Origin: Antedon mediterranea
Lineage: Eukaryota; Animalia; Echinodermata
Reading direction: 5' to 3'
Assembly (NCBI RefSeq): GCF_964355755.1
Contig: NC_092678.1
Location: 2,868,422 to 2,932,421 of the forward strand
Length of the DNA: 64,000 nt
Position numbers and translations under genes: made by a program. Positions 13,811-27,706 of the stretch are shown one piece after another (within the stretch, counting starts at the first letter, position 1; the number at the start of each line of letters is the position of its first letter). The notes below the pieces were generated by a model. The model did not search any database and was not told the DNA's origin. It saw nothing but the letters and a program-made list of their open reading frames with translations.

Positions 13811-14349
13811 TATTTTTTTGTACTAATAGAATTTAACGTTTTCACGTAAATACATTATATCATAGGTAGGTATGTCTTATTAAACATTTAATATCCTGCA
13901 AAATATGGTATCAAACTAAGACAATATAAAAAAATGAAATAATCTTGGTTTTGTTTCGATTGGTAAGTGTGCCCAAGACCAACAATTACAACTCCCTGCA
14001 TTCTAATATTATTTCGTATAGATTACAGATCAGATTACTATCTAGAGTATGCCAATACTATATACTTGTTTATAAGCCTATTTCTAACCTCAACAGTGAC
14101 GGAAGCCTCTTACTAAATTAAAAAATCTAAGCAATGTTTAAAATGTAATTTTCAGAATTTCTTTTTGTTTTTTTTCTAGACTGAGTAATGAACGTAGTGT
14201 ATGCCATCGTTGTATAAAAACTGTATCAAATACATCACGTAAATGTAAGTCCAATAATGTAGAGTCCATTTTTATAATAAACAATTTGCTTTTAATGTTT
14301 TTGTTTAGGCATATAATTGCTGTATTTTAAAATATTTTATAGATTGGGA

Positions 14350-14500
14350 ACGCGCGACAAGAACCGAACAACGCGCGACAAGAACCGAACAACACGCGAC
14401 AAGAACCGCACAACGCGCACGACAAGAACCAAACAACGCGCGACAAGAACCGCACAACGCACGACAAGAACCGGCAAAAGTACGAGAACCGGACAAAATA
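14350..14500. repeat. Degenerate 21-bp repeat ACGCGCGACAAGAACCGAACA
   Basis: Direct reading, about 6 copies. Confidence 0.85.
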
Positions 14501-14699
14501 CGAGACAGACTATGACAAATATATTGTGTTCTAATTTAGCAATTATAATGAAACAAAAATGTGTCTTATTTTAATCGAAGTAAACACTTTGAAATGTCCA
14601 TAATTCATCAATACAACTACACTAACTTGCTTAACCATTTTACTTCATTTTTTCTAATTCACTAATTCGTTTGTACATCTTGTTGTTGTCGTTCGTTTT

Positions 14700-15090
14700 C
14701 ATGTAATGGTATCCCTCTTTTATTTTACATCCCTCTCTCCATATTATATATCCCCTTTCTTAGCTAGTGGATAAAGGTATGTATGTAAGTAGGCCAGATA
14801 TGGAAATAAGTCCTATGTATGTAAGTTTAAGTAAGTCCATGTGTGTAAGTGTAAGTAAGTCAGTCCAGCTAGGTAGACCATGTATGTAAGTAGGTCATGT
14901 ATGTAAGTTCTATGTAAGTCCAGGTATGTAAGTTGGTCATATAAGTAAGTCCAGGTATGTAAGTTGGTCATATAAGTAAGTCCAGGTATGTAAGTTGGTC
15001 ATATAAGTAAGTCCAGGTATGTAAGTAGGTCATGTATGTAAGTCCTATGTAAGTAAGTCCAGGTAAAGTAGGAGATGATACCATTACATG
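14700..15090. mobile_element. MITE with 14-bp TIR enclosing a GTAAGT-rich minisatellite
   Basis: CATGTAATGGTATC at 14700 and GATACCATTACATG at 15077-15090; internal ~31-bp repeats. Confidence 0.65.
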
Positions 15091-15489
15091 TCTGCTCATT
15101 TTAAACTTGTGTGTTACCAGCTAATATTTTACTATCATTTCACTTTATATCTTTTTCATATTAACATCACTGTAATCTTGATAACTATTATAATACCTAT
15201 TGATCAGGAAAACAAAAAACATAAATATATTTATACTTGTTGATTGATATTATTATGAATAAACACAATACCATTATTAATACTTTATGCCTATTGCTGT
15301 TTTTATTTATTAATAAATTTAAAATTGATTCTAAAATTATTTATTATATATATATATAAATAAATCCAAAGGCAAATTACTGAAAAAATGACAATGCTGT
15401 GGGTATCAGTGGCGGGATCTCAATGGAGATACAAAAATATAAAGCAAAAAGCTAAATCAAAACGATAAAGTAAACAGCCAGAAAAGTTA

Positions 15490-15526
15490 GCAGAGCTTTC
15501 GGGCAACACTAGCCCTTCATCAGTGC
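15490..15526 (-). ncRNA. Minimal type I hammerhead ribozyme (Penelope-like element type)
   Basis: Minus strand reads GCA-CUGAUGA-A-GGGC-UAGUGUU-GCCC-GAAA-GCU-C-UGC: full catalytic core, 4-bp stem II, palindromic AGCU stem III, short GCA/UGC stem I. Confidence 0.75.
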
Positions 15527-17294
15527 ATATATTTATAATTGAGATTAAATTGTTTACAATGTTGACTGCAAGGTTTGCTCAGAAATTGATTTATAAATCA
15601 ACGTTGTAAAATCACAATAGTATTATCATTATTTCATATTTGTAACTTATTTAATAAATATCCAGTGTGAATGACTGGTAAAAGTTGTCCATTTGTTTAG
15701 AATCCAAATGATTTCATATTATAAATAAAGAACCAATTTTTAAAAGTGTCCTTGCTTATTATAGAATTGAACATTTATTACTAAACTGAAAAGAGCGGTA
15801 AATTAAAATATAAGAGCCCTTTTAGTATATAACACCTAATACAATGTTTCTAAGGGCTTTACAGTACACAAACAAAATGATCCATAAATATCCCAAAATA
15901 ACGACAAAAAAAAGGAAGAAAAGCAGAGCACTTTGAAGCTCGCCGAAACAAGTATTCAAATTCAAAAAGAAGGAAGGAGATGTTGCTTAACCACTAAAAA
16001 AATCTATTGATGTTCCCTCTTTAATTATTATTCCAAGACGAGCAGATGAAAAGATCTGTTGCCATAAAGGATTAAATTACAATATAAAAGAAAATAATAA
16101 TACATTCTCGTTCATAAACACTTGCTAACGTCAATAAAATAATTAATCTTTTATTGAAATCTCCATTCATTGATGTGTTTTAAATGCTTTATATAGTAAG
16201 TCTGTAAGAATTAAATTGTGGTTTTAATATTTTCTTTTATCAAAATCATTTTAAATCAATGCATACAAAGAAGACAATTACATTGAACACTTTGCAATCC
16301 AAAATATTATATTTAAATAATTTAAAGAATATTACAGACAATCATCGACATTATTCACGTATAAATTCATACACTTATTTTCATTTCGTTTATTTTCCAC
16401 TCTTCAAATGCACTTATTTGATTGATTATTTTAAAATGTAAATATCAATTAAGTTTAAAATTAATTAATATCAAGATAAAATAATGATAAATTAAAAGTT
16501 CGGAACCTTGTTTTGTCTTCACAATGAGGCATTCATTCTATTTAAAATGATTAATTGAAAGTTTATTTAGAGATTATATTTTCGACGTAGTTTAAATAAC
16601 TAATTTAACATATATTTATGTCTAAATGATGCGCGATGTTTAACTATAATTTAATATCGTTATTGTCATTATATTACTTTAGTAGTTAATACAAATTAAA
16701 ATAATCCGTCTTTCTGTAATGATATTATGATCATTCCAAATCAAACGTTACAGACAACCGCTTGTACATAATTCTATTCGTATTAAGTAAGTTTTAAAGA
16801 TCACTTTAAAATCACTTGTACGATGCTTTATTATTATGTTAAATTCAATCTATTACAAATTATTTTTTCACTATGTCGCTTAAGTGAAAATAAATATCGC
16901 TCCCCTGCTTTCTGTGTATAGGCCTAATCAATTCCGAAAAAATTAAATTCTGAATGTATATTTTATTTATACAAGTCTACTAAACAGTCAACACTATTTA
17001 TTTTATATTTAAAAATGATAAAAATATTAAATTATTCACAATTTGAGTTTATATTTTTCCATGTTTTACCATTTACATGGCGATTTAAATCCATGTGCGT
17101 TTCGACGCCTGTCCGATTAAAATCGCGCGCTTCCATCATCACCAAGTCCATCTCGACAGGTACCAGCACAGCTCTCGAACCACGAACCACGAACTACTAC
17201 AGCAAACCTACGTACGTCTGACTCTCCGAGCCACATAACAACTTACTGTAAGTCGAAGTTAATTTGTACCCGATAAACATAAGCATCAACCGTT

Positions 17295-17515
17295 ACTTTG
17301 AAACTTTGTTTGACGAAATTTGCCTTCCATAATACTGAATCAATACTTTATTTGACGAATTTTGCCTTCCATAATACTGAATCAATACTTTATTTGACGA
17401 ATTTTGCCTTCCATAATACTGAATCAATACCTTGTTTTGACGAATTTTGCCTTCCATAATACTGAATCAATACTTTATTTGATGAATTGTGCCTTCCATA
17501 ATACTGAATCAAAAC
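17295..17515. repeat. ~43-bp tandem repeat TTTGACGAATTTTGCCTTCCATAATACTGAATCAATACTTTAT, about 5 copies
   Basis: Direct reading. Confidence 0.9.
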
Positions 17516-18301
17516 TATTTTAACCATCTCAAGTTTGTAAAAAAAAACAAATTTGATTAAACATTTTTTTTTTTAAAGTTTTCAGTGATATTGTAGCCTA
17601 CAAAAAATGAATCTTGCACCTTGAAGTGAAATCCAAGAAACATCATTTCTTTTATTTGTGTCCCGATACAAAATGAAAAAAAAAACAATACATATTTTGT
17701 TATTTATAAGTTACAAATAACATCGAAATCGAGTCAAAAACAAATAGGCCTAATGTTTTTACCGAATGTTAATTTTGTAATGATAAAATAAGATCTTTTG
17801 TTTGTTTTACATTTGTGTGTTTAGTTTCTATTATTGAAAGAGTTAATTGTAATTTTAGCAGTCCGATCGACCGGCCGACAATGGACACAAGGCTGGAATT
17901 GAAGCGATATCACATTAATATTACACCGGTAATGATGATCGTAATGGTATAGTATTTTCTGCAGCAGCACATGCATATTCAAGATTACCGCGGGAATAGC
18001 TCATTTAAATATCAATGCATCACTGCACACAATAACAACAAACATGGAATAATATTGGCTCTGCACGTCGTCGACAACAGAAATTTAAAGACGTTTTCTA
18101 GCGTAAAATCTCAGGATGTGAAACAATGATGTTTTAAAGGTAAGCAATAGTTTTAAACAATATAGATTTAGATGTTATTAATAAAAGCCCGGTAGTTGGC
18201 TAGGCCTAGCATTGAGTCAAACTAGCCTCAACTCCTCATAATAGGAAGCACGTGGTTGATATAGCTTAATATTGGGGTAACATAGGTATAGTCAAACAAA
18301 T

Positions 18302-18610
18302 TAAGATAAGATAAGATAAGATAAGATAACTTTTATTGATCCTCAAAAAGGAAATTCATTGCTCGTCATAATAACAAAGAAAACACTATAAAAACAAATA
18401 TAGCATAAAACCATTCATATAAAAACATCTAAAAAATTACAATATAAAATTATCTTCTTGACTTCCTGTTGTACTGGATGATACCGGAGAGAATAAAGGA
18501 TTTAGCAAATCGATTTGTTTTCACACTGAGGAGCCTCAATCTACCACTTGGATTAAGTTGGTCTATGATCACTTTGTGGAGAGGATGAGAGGCATCAAAT
18601 TGATCTTAGT
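18302..18610 (-). mobile_element. 3' end of a LINE (Rex1/Babar-like) with (TTATC)n tail
   Basis: Minus-strand SHPLH...NPSGRLRLLSVKTNRFAKSF C-terminal motif and a pentanucleotide tail. Confidence 0.65.
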
Positions 18611-18989
18611 ACGGATTTATTTGGAGATTAAACATTGTTTAATTTGACATCTTCTTTAGCAATCTGTCTTTATTTAAGAAGTTTTTTGAGTAGATGTGTG
18701 GATTTAAATTAAATGTCATCAATCAGTCAATTTTTAAAGTTTCATATTTCCATAATGCAAAATGGTTTTTAATTGGTACAGTTAACTTATTGGTACAGGT
18801 AAATTCGTGCATGCAACTTAATTACATTGTAGGGTAGATGGAACTGAATTGGTGTGGGTCACCTAAGCCACTTTATTTGTACTGCACAGGCAATTAACTA
18901 TTATTATTATAATTATTGTTGGTCACATTGAGGCTAGCATTGTGAATTTCATGTAGACAGGGCCCTATTATTAATTCATACACGTATTA

Positions 18990-20950
18990 GTACAGCTTAA
19001 TTGGTATATAGGTAGCTTAATTGGTAAACGTTGTCTTTATTAGTACAGGAGCTAACTTGGTAAAACCAACTTTATTAGTACAAGCTTTATTAGTACAGCT
19101 TGATATAGGAGCCTAATTGGTACAGGTAGCTCAATTGAGTTCAGGTAACTTTATTAGTACAGGAGTTTTGGTACAGATACCTTCGTTGGGTACAAACAAA
19201 TGTATTAGTACAGGATCTTAATTGAGTTCAGACAACTTTATTAGTACAGGAGCTTTATTGGTACAGGTACCTTCATTGGGTACACGCAACTAATTACGAT
19301 ATTATAATTAACGTTTGGTCTCAGGTACCTTCGTTGAGTACAAGCAATGTTTTTAGTACAGCTTAATGGTGGTAGTAGTACTGCAGGTTTCATCCGTAAT
19401 TCGTACACGTAGTGATCATACAGTTGAATTTGTACAGGGGCTTCATTGGTATAGGTACTCATTGGGTACACTCAACTTTATTGGTACATGAGCTTTGGTA
19501 CAGGCACCTTTATTGGGTAAAAGCAACTTTATTAGTACATGAGCTTTGGTACAGGTACCTTTGTTGGGTACAAGAAACTTTATTAGTACAGGAGCTTTAT
19601 TGGTACAGGTACCTTCATTGGGTACACGCAACTTTATTAGTACAGGAGCTTTGGTACAGGTACCTTCGTTGGGTACAACCAACTGTATTAGTACATGAGC
19701 TCTGGTACAGGTATCTCCATTGGGTACAAGCAGCTTTATTAGTACAGGATCTTAATTGAGTACAGGCAACTTTGTTAGTACAGGAACTTTGGTACAGGTA
19801 CCTTCGTTGGGTACACGCAACTTTATTAGTACAGGATCTTTGGTACAGGATCTTAATTGAGTTCAGGTAACTTTATTAGTACAGGAGCTTTGGTACAGGT
19901 ACCTTCATTGGGTACAAGCAACTTTATTAGTACAGGATCTTAATTGAGTTCAGGCAACTTTAGTACAGGAGCTTTATTGGTACACGCAACTAATTACGAT
20001 ATTATCATTAACGTTTGGTCGCAGGTACCTTCGTTGAGTACAAGCAATGTTTTTAGTACAGCTTAATTGGTGGTAGTAGTACTGCAGGTTTCATCCGTAA
20101 TTCGTACACGTCGTGATCATACAGTTGAATTTGTACAGGGGCTTCATTGGTATAGGTACTCATTGGGTACACTCAACTTTATTGGTACATGAGCTTTGGT
20201 ACAGGCACCCTTTATTGGGTACAAGCAACTTTATTAGTACAGGAGCTTTATTGGTACAAGTACCTTCGTTGGGTACACGCAACTTTATTGGTACATGAGC
20301 TTTGGTACAGGTACCTTCGTTGGGTACAAGCAACTTTATTAGTACAGGAGCTTTATTGGTACAGGTACCTTCGTTGGGTACAAGCAACTTTATTAGTACA
20401 GGAGCTTTGGTACAGGTACCTTCGTTGAGTACAACCAACTTTATTAGTACAGGAGCTTAATTGAGTTTAGGCAACTTTATTAGTACAGGAGCTTTATTGG
20501 TACAGGTACCTTCGTTGGGTACAACCAACTGTATTAGTACAGGAGCTCTGGTATAGGTATCTCCTTTGGGTACACGACGCAACTTTATTAGTACATTATC
20601 TTTGGTACAGGATCTTAATTGAGTTCAGGTAACTTTATTAGTACAGGAGCTTTGGTACAGGTACCTTCATTGGGTACAAGCAACTTTATTAGTACAGGAT
20701 CTTAATTGAGTTCAGGCAACTTTGTTAGTACAGGAGCTTTGGTACAAGTACCTTCGTTGGGTACAAGCAACTTTATTAGTACAGGAGCTTTATTGGTACA
20801 GGATCTTAATTGAGTGCAAGCAACTTTGTTAGTACAGGAGCTTTGGTACAGGTACCTTCGTTGGGTACACGCAACTTTATTAGTACAGGATCTTTGGTAC
20901 AGGATCTTAATTGAGTTCAGGTAACTTTATTATTACAGGAGCTTTGGTAC
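18990..20950. repeat. GGTACA-rich degenerate satellite (~20/41-45 bp subunits) with a ~700-bp higher-order duplication
   Basis: Recurrent CAACTTTATTAGTACAGGAGCTTTGGTACAGGTACCTTCGTTGGGTACA. Block 19290-19520 recurs at 19990-20220 (ORF starts 19412 and 20113 are 701 bp apart). Confidence 0.9.
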
Positions 20951-21282
20951 TTTGAATTACATACAGGACCCTATTAATAATTCGCACACGCATCCTTTTA
21001 TACAGGTTTATAGGGTACAGGCAACTTTATTAGCTTACTTAGTTGTAAGGGCAACTTAAATATTATTATTAATCATTTTTATTTTGTGACATTGTGGCTC
21101 TAGCTGTGTTTGAGAATGTAAATACGACCCTATTATTAGTAATTCGTTCACGCATTTATACAGGTTTATATGGTACAGGCAACTTTATTAGCCTACTTAG
21201 TTGTAAGGGCAACTTAAATATTATTATTAATCATTTTTATTTTGTGACATTGTGGCTCTAGCTGGGTCTTAGAATGTCCTGA

Positions 21283-21398
21283 GGGCGTGTGGCGCAGTGT
21301 GTTGGACGTTCGACTACTGATCGTCTACTGACTGGGGTAATAATGTTCAGCGCATTGAGAGCTTGCTTATATGCGCTTTATAAGAATGAACTATTATA
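21283..21398 (+). mobile_element. Internally deleted tRNA-SINE (head plus LINE-type 3' tail)
   Basis: GTGGCGCAGTG A-box-like head directly joined to a CAGCGCATTGAG...ATGCGCTTTATAAG...TATTAT tail. Confidence 0.5.
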
Positions 21399-22509
21399 AA
21401 TAGGGCCCCATTATTAATTTTTCGTGCACATACGTGACTTTATAGAAACTTTATTAATACAGACCTTATTCAGCTTAATTTGTAGGTCAGGAAACTGATT
21501 TATTATCTCTTTTGATCGCGACATTGTGCCCCAATTGTGTCTATTTTTAATTCGTCCACGTAGTATAACTTTGTATAGGGTACTTTACTGGTAGGCTACA
21601 TTGGTACCTTTATTGAGTACAAGCACTAGTAAATACAAAAACTAACTATTAGGTCTATTATCATTATTGTTTGGTCATTGTGGCTTGCTTTTCCTATGAT
21701 TGCTATGTAAATTTATTTATAATTCGCACTTTATTTTGTAGGACTTTATTAACTACTGACAAATTGGTAAAGAAGATATGATATATTTTAAATACACATT
21801 TTCAAATATATTTAAATTTCAAACGTAGATTATAAAACTAACTAATTTAACATTTAATGATACATATAATAATGTTTCTCCTCCCCCATTACTCTGGCCC
21901 TACCCCGTCCCATTTGAAATTGACAAATTGACATACATATATTTAATACTTTTTGATTTAAATTGAAAATTAAATACAAATTAATGTCCAAAATGTTAGT
22001 TTAAATCGTTGTCTTTGCCTGATTAATCAAAACTTTTGAAAATATGTCAGTCTAAACCGCTAATTTTCTGTGTTTTACCATTTAAATGTCGTTCCAAACC
22101 GTGCATATTCCGTGTTTTACCATTTTCTCATTTTAAAAACATGTCAGTCCAAACCGCTGTTTTTCCGTGTTTTACCATTTACATGTCGGTCCAAACCGTA
22201 AATTTCCATGTTTTACCATCTCTTTTTTGTAAAACATGGAATTATTGCGGTTTGGACCGACATGTAAATGGTAAAACACGGAATATTTGCGGTTTGGACC
22301 GACTTTTTAAAAAATTTCTGATTTTTGACCGAAGGTTTAACACTTCGAAAAAAAATTTTTTTTTCTTTCAGGTTGATTTTTGGCTTAACGCGCTAAACTA
22401 CCGCCTATGGATCTAGAGATCGCGGGATCGATTCCCGTTATGGGCAAAAAAAGAAAAAAAAGAAAAAAAAAAAAAAATTTTAAATTTAAATAAAATTATT
22501 TTCTCCCAT

Positions 22510-22800
22510 CTCTCCTCCACTCTCCTCCACTCTCCTCCACTCTCCTCCACTCTCCTCCACTCTCCTCCACTCTCCTCCACTCTCCTCCACTCTCCTCCAC
22601 TCTCCTCCACTCTCCTCCACGTTTCCCTGTCCGTTTCCGATGTGTATCCGATGCCTGTCCGTATCCGATTGCCTGTCCGTATCCGCTTCCCTGTCCGTTT
22701 TCGATGCCTGTCCGTATCCGATGCCTGTCCGATTGCCTGTCCGTATCTGATTGCTCAGTCCGTATCCGATTGCCTGTCCGTATCGATTGCCTGTCCGAGT
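22510..22800. repeat. (CTCTCCTCCA)n decamer array followed by a degenerate TGCCTGTCCGTATCCGA repeat
   Basis: Direct reading. Confidence 0.9.
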
Positions 22801-23435
22801 CAATTCCAAGCATCTCCAAGTGCATCTGAAGGTCCATCACCAAGTCCATCTCGTCCAGCACAGCTCTCGAACCACCGACCACGTCAGCCATACGTCTGTA
22901 CCTCTGAGCTACCTAGGAACTTACTGAAAGTGCACGTTAATTTGTACGCCATAAACTTATAAAAGCATCAATCGAAAAACGAAGGTTCTTATTTTTTTTT
23001 TTTTTTAAGTTAATATGTTCACTTGTGTAGCGCAGCGGTTAGTGCTACGTATAGTGATTGGAGGCTCACTGGTTCGAGTCCCAGTGATACCACACTATTT
23101 ACTAATTTTGTTTGCAAATTGAATTCAATTTATATAAAAAAAATGCACTTGGTGGTATTTGAACCCTCGCCAAAGCAAACATGTTCAGATCCAATCACAC
23201 TATTACTCACCAACGAGCTACTTGAGGATTTGATGACCAAGTAAAGATTCTAAAATACTTTATATTTTGTACATTTTAATTAATACAAAGGTTCTTAATT
23301 TTTTTTTTTTACATAGTTTATATGTTAACTTGTGTGGCGCAACGGATAGTGCCAAAGTCTAACGACTAAAGGGTTGCTGGTTCGAACCCCAGTATTTTTA
23401 TATTTTTAATTGAATTCAATTCAATATAATAAAAA

Positions 23436-26265
23436 TGTACCTGGTTGGATTCGAACCCTTTCTAAAACCGGCAAAGGTTTAGATCCAAGTGCAGTGGTCT
23501 TAACCACTTGAGCCACTTGGGATTTCGATGGATCGCCGCAAATTCTAAGATACTTTATACATTGTAATTGACTCAATTTATATATAAATTTAAATGTACC
23601 TGGTTGGATTCGAACCACTTCTAAACGGGCAAATGATTAGATCCAAGTACAGTGGTCTTAACCACCTGAGCCACTTGGGATTTCGATGGATCGCCGCAAA
23701 TTCTAAGATACTTTATACATTGTAATTGACTCAATTTATATATAAATTTAAATGTACCTGGTTGGATTCGAACCACTTCTAAACGGGCAAAGGTTTATAT
23801 CCAAGTGCAGTGGTCTTAACCACCTGAGCCACTTGGGATTTCGATGGATCGCCGCAAATTCTAAGATACTTTATACATTGTAATTGACTCAATTTATATA
23901 TAAATTTAAATGTACCTGGTTGGATTCGAACCACTTCTAAACGGGCAAAGGTTTAGATCCAAGTGCAGTGGTCTTAACCACCTGAGCCACTTGGGATTTC
24001 GATGGATCGCCGCAAATTCTAAGATACTTTATACATTGTAATTGACTCAATTTATATATAAATTTAAATGTACCTGGTTGGATTCGAACCACTTCTAAAC
24101 GGGCAAATGATTAGATCCAAGTACAGTGGTCTTAACCACCTGAGCCACTTGGGATTTCGATGGATCGCCGCAAATTCTAAGATACTTTATACATTGTAAT
24201 TGACTCAATTTATATATAAATTTAAATGTACCTGGTTGGATTCGAACCACTTCTAAACGGGCAAAGGTTTAGATCCAAGTGCAGTGGTCTTAACCACCTG
24301 AGCCACTTGGGATTTCGATGGATCGCCGCAAATTCTAAGATACTTTATACATTGTAATTGACTCAATTTATATATAAATTTAAATGTACCTGGTTGGATT
24401 CGAACCCCTTCTAAACGGGAAAAGGTTTATATCCAAGTGCAGTGGTCTTAACCACCTGAGCCACTTGGGATTTCGATGGATCGCCGCAAATTCTAAGATA
24501 CTTTATACATTGTAATTGACTCAATTTATATATAAATTTAAATGTACCTGGTTGGATTCGAACCACTTCTAAACGGGCAAATGATTAGATCCAAGTACAG
24601 TGGTCTTAACCACCTGAGCCACTTGGGATTTCGATGGATCGCCGCAAATTCTAAGATACTTTATACATTGTAATTGACTCAATTTATATATAAATTTAAA
24701 TGTACCTGGTTGGATTCGAACCACTTCTAAACGGGCAAAGGTTTAGATCCAAGTGCAGTGGTCTTAACCACCTGAGCCACTTGGGATTTCGATGGATCGC
24801 CGCAAATTCTAAGATACTTTATACATTGTAATTGACTCAATTTATATATAAATTTAAATGTACTTGGTTGGATTCGAACCCCTTCTAAACGGGAAAAGGT
24901 TTATATCCAAGTGCAGTGGTCTTAACCACCTGAGCCACTTGGGATTTCGATGGATCGCCGCAAATTCTAAGATACTTTATACATTGTAATTGACTCAATT
25001 TATATATAAATTTAAATGTACTTGGTTGGATTCGAACCCCTTCTAAACGGGCAAAGGTTTATATCCAAGTGCAGTGGTCTTACCCACCTGAGCCACTTGG
25101 GATTTCGATGGATCGGCGCAAATTTTAAGGTACCTTATACATTGTAATTGACTCAACTTATATTTAAATTTAAATGTACCTGGTTGGATTCGAACCCCTT
25201 CTAAACTGACAAAGGTTTAGATTCAAGTACAGTGATCTTAACCACCTGAACCACTTATGATTTCGATGGATCGCCGCAAATTCTAAGATACTTTATACAT
25301 TGTAATTGACTCAATTTATATATAAATTTAAATGTACTTGGTTGGATTCGAACCCCTTCTAAATGGGAAAAGGTTTATATCCAAGTGCAGTGACCTTAAC
25401 CACCTGAGCCACTTGGGATTTCGATGGATCGCCGCAAATTTTAAGACACTTTATACATTGTAATTGACTCAACATATATATAAATTTAAATGTACCTGGT
25501 TGGATTCGAACCCCTTCTAAACTGACAAAGGTTTAGATCCAAGTACAGTGATCTTAACCACCTGAGCCACTTGGGATTTCGATGGATCGCCGCAAATTCT
25601 AAGATACTTTATACATTGTAATTAACTCAATTTATATATAAATTTAAATGTACTTGGTTGGATTCGAACCCCTTCTAAACGGGAATTACGCAAACGGGCA
25701 AAGGTTTAGGTCCAAGTGCAGTGGTCTTAACCACCTGAGCCACTTGGGATTTCGATGGATCGCCGCAAATTTTAAGATACCTTATACATTGTAATTGACT
25801 CAACTTATATATAAATTTAAATGTACCTGGTTGGATTCGAACCCCTTCTAAACTGACAAAGGTTTATATCCAAGTACAGTGATCTTAACCACCTGAGCCA
25901 CTTGGGATTTCGATGGATCGCCGCAAATTCTAAGATACTTTATACATTGTAATTGACTCAATTTATATATAAATTTAAATGTACTTGGTTGGATTCGAAC
26001 CCCTTCTAAACGGGCATTACGCAAACGGGCAAAGGTTTAGGTCCAAGTGCAGTGGTCTTAACCACCTGAGCCACTTGGAATTTCGATGGATCGCCGCAAA
26101 TTTTAAAATACTTTATACATTGAATTGACTCAATTTATATATAAATTTAAATGTACCTGGTTGGATTCGAACCCCTTCTAAACGGGCAAAAGTTTAGATC
26201 CAAGTGCAGTGGTCTTAACCACCTGAGCCACTTTGGATTTCGATGGATTGCCGCAAATTCTAAGA
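23436..26265 (-). repeat. Tandem array of 18 tRNA-derived 158-bp units, each with Pol III A and B boxes on the minus strand
   Basis: Unit starts at 23595, 23753, 23911, ... (158-bp period; two units carry a ~15-bp insertion). Minus strand reads GTGGCTCAGGTGGTTAAG...GGTTCGAATCC. Confidence 0.9.
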
Positions 26266-26269
26266 TATA

Positions 26270-27706
26270 TATATTGGTTGGCGCTACCTGATATTGGACG
26301 TGCGCTACCTGATATTGGACGTGCGCTACCCGATATTGGACGTGCGCTACCTGATATTGGACGTGAGCTACCTGATATTGGACGTGCGCTACCTGATATT
26401 GGACGTGCGCTACCTGATATTGGACGTGCGCTACCTGATATTGGACGTGAGCTACCTGATATTGGACGTGAGCTACCTGATATTGGACGTGAGCTACCTG
26501 ATATTGGACGTGCGCTACCTGATATTGGACGTGCGCTACCCCTGATATTGGACGTGCGCTACCTGATATTGGACGTGAGCTACCTGATATTGGACGTGAG
26601 CTACCTGATATTGGACGTGCGCTACCTGATATTGGACGTGCGCTACCTGATATTGGACGTGCGCTACCTGATATTGGACGTGCGCTACCTGATATTGGAC
26701 GTGCGCTACCTGATATTGGTTGGCGCTACCTGATATTGGACGTGCGCTACCTGATATTGGTTGGCGCTACCTGATATTGGACGTGCGCTACCTGATATTG
26801 GACGTGCGCTACCTGATATTGGTTGGCGCTACCTGATATTGGACGTGCGCTACCCGATATTGGACGTGCGCTACCTGATATTGGTTGGCTTTACCTGATA
26901 TTGGATGTGCGCTACCTGATATTGGACGTGCGCTACCTGATATTGGACGTGCGCTACCTGATATTGGACGTGTGCTACCTGATATTGGACGTGCGCTACC
27001 TGATATTGGACGTGCGTTACCTGATATTGGACGTGCGCTACCTAATATTGGACGTGCGCTACCTGATATTGGACGTGCGCTACCTGATATTGGACGTGCG
27101 CTACCTGATATTGGACGTGCGCTACCTGATATTGGACGTGTGCTACCTGATATTGGACGTGCGCTACCTGATATTGGACGTGCGCTACCTGATATTGGAC
27201 GTGCGCTACCTGATATTGGACGTGCGCTACCTGATATTGGACGTGCGCTACCTGATATTGGACGTGCGCTACCTGATATTGGTTGGCGCTACCTGATATT
27301 GGACGTGCGTTACCTGATATTGGACGTGCGCTACCTGATATTGGACGTGCGCTACCTGATATTGGTTGGCGCTACCTGATATTGGACGTGCGTTACCTGA
27401 TATTGGACGTGCGCTACCTGATATTGGACGTGCGCTACCTGATATTGGACGTGCGCTACCTGATATTGGTTGGCGCTACCTGATATTGGACGTGCGCTAC
27501 CTGATATTGGTTGGCGCTACCTGATATTGGACGTGCGCTACCTGATATTGGACGTGCGCTACCTGATATTGGACGTGCGCTACCTGATATTGGTTGGCGC
27601 TACCTGATATTGGACGTGCGCTACCCGATATTGGACGTGCGCTACCTGATATTGGTTGGCTTTACCTGATATTGGATGTGCGCTACCTGATATTGGACGT
27701 GCGCTA
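26270..27706. repeat. 21-bp minisatellite CCTGATATTGGACGTGCGCTA (20-bp variant ...GGTTGGCGCTA), about 68 copies
   Basis: Direct reading; produces the LPDIGRA/YLILDVR pseudo-ORFs. Confidence 0.95.

Noticed and set aside
19241-20438. LWYRYL-repeat ORFs
   Set aside because: Satellite translation with frequent frame breaks.
23436-26265. Functional tRNA gene cluster
   Set aside because: Acceptor and anticodon stems do not pair; only the promoter boxes are retained.
26233-27483. LPDIGRA ORFs resembling leucine-rich repeats
   Set aside because: 21-bp minisatellite with 20-bp frameshifting variants.
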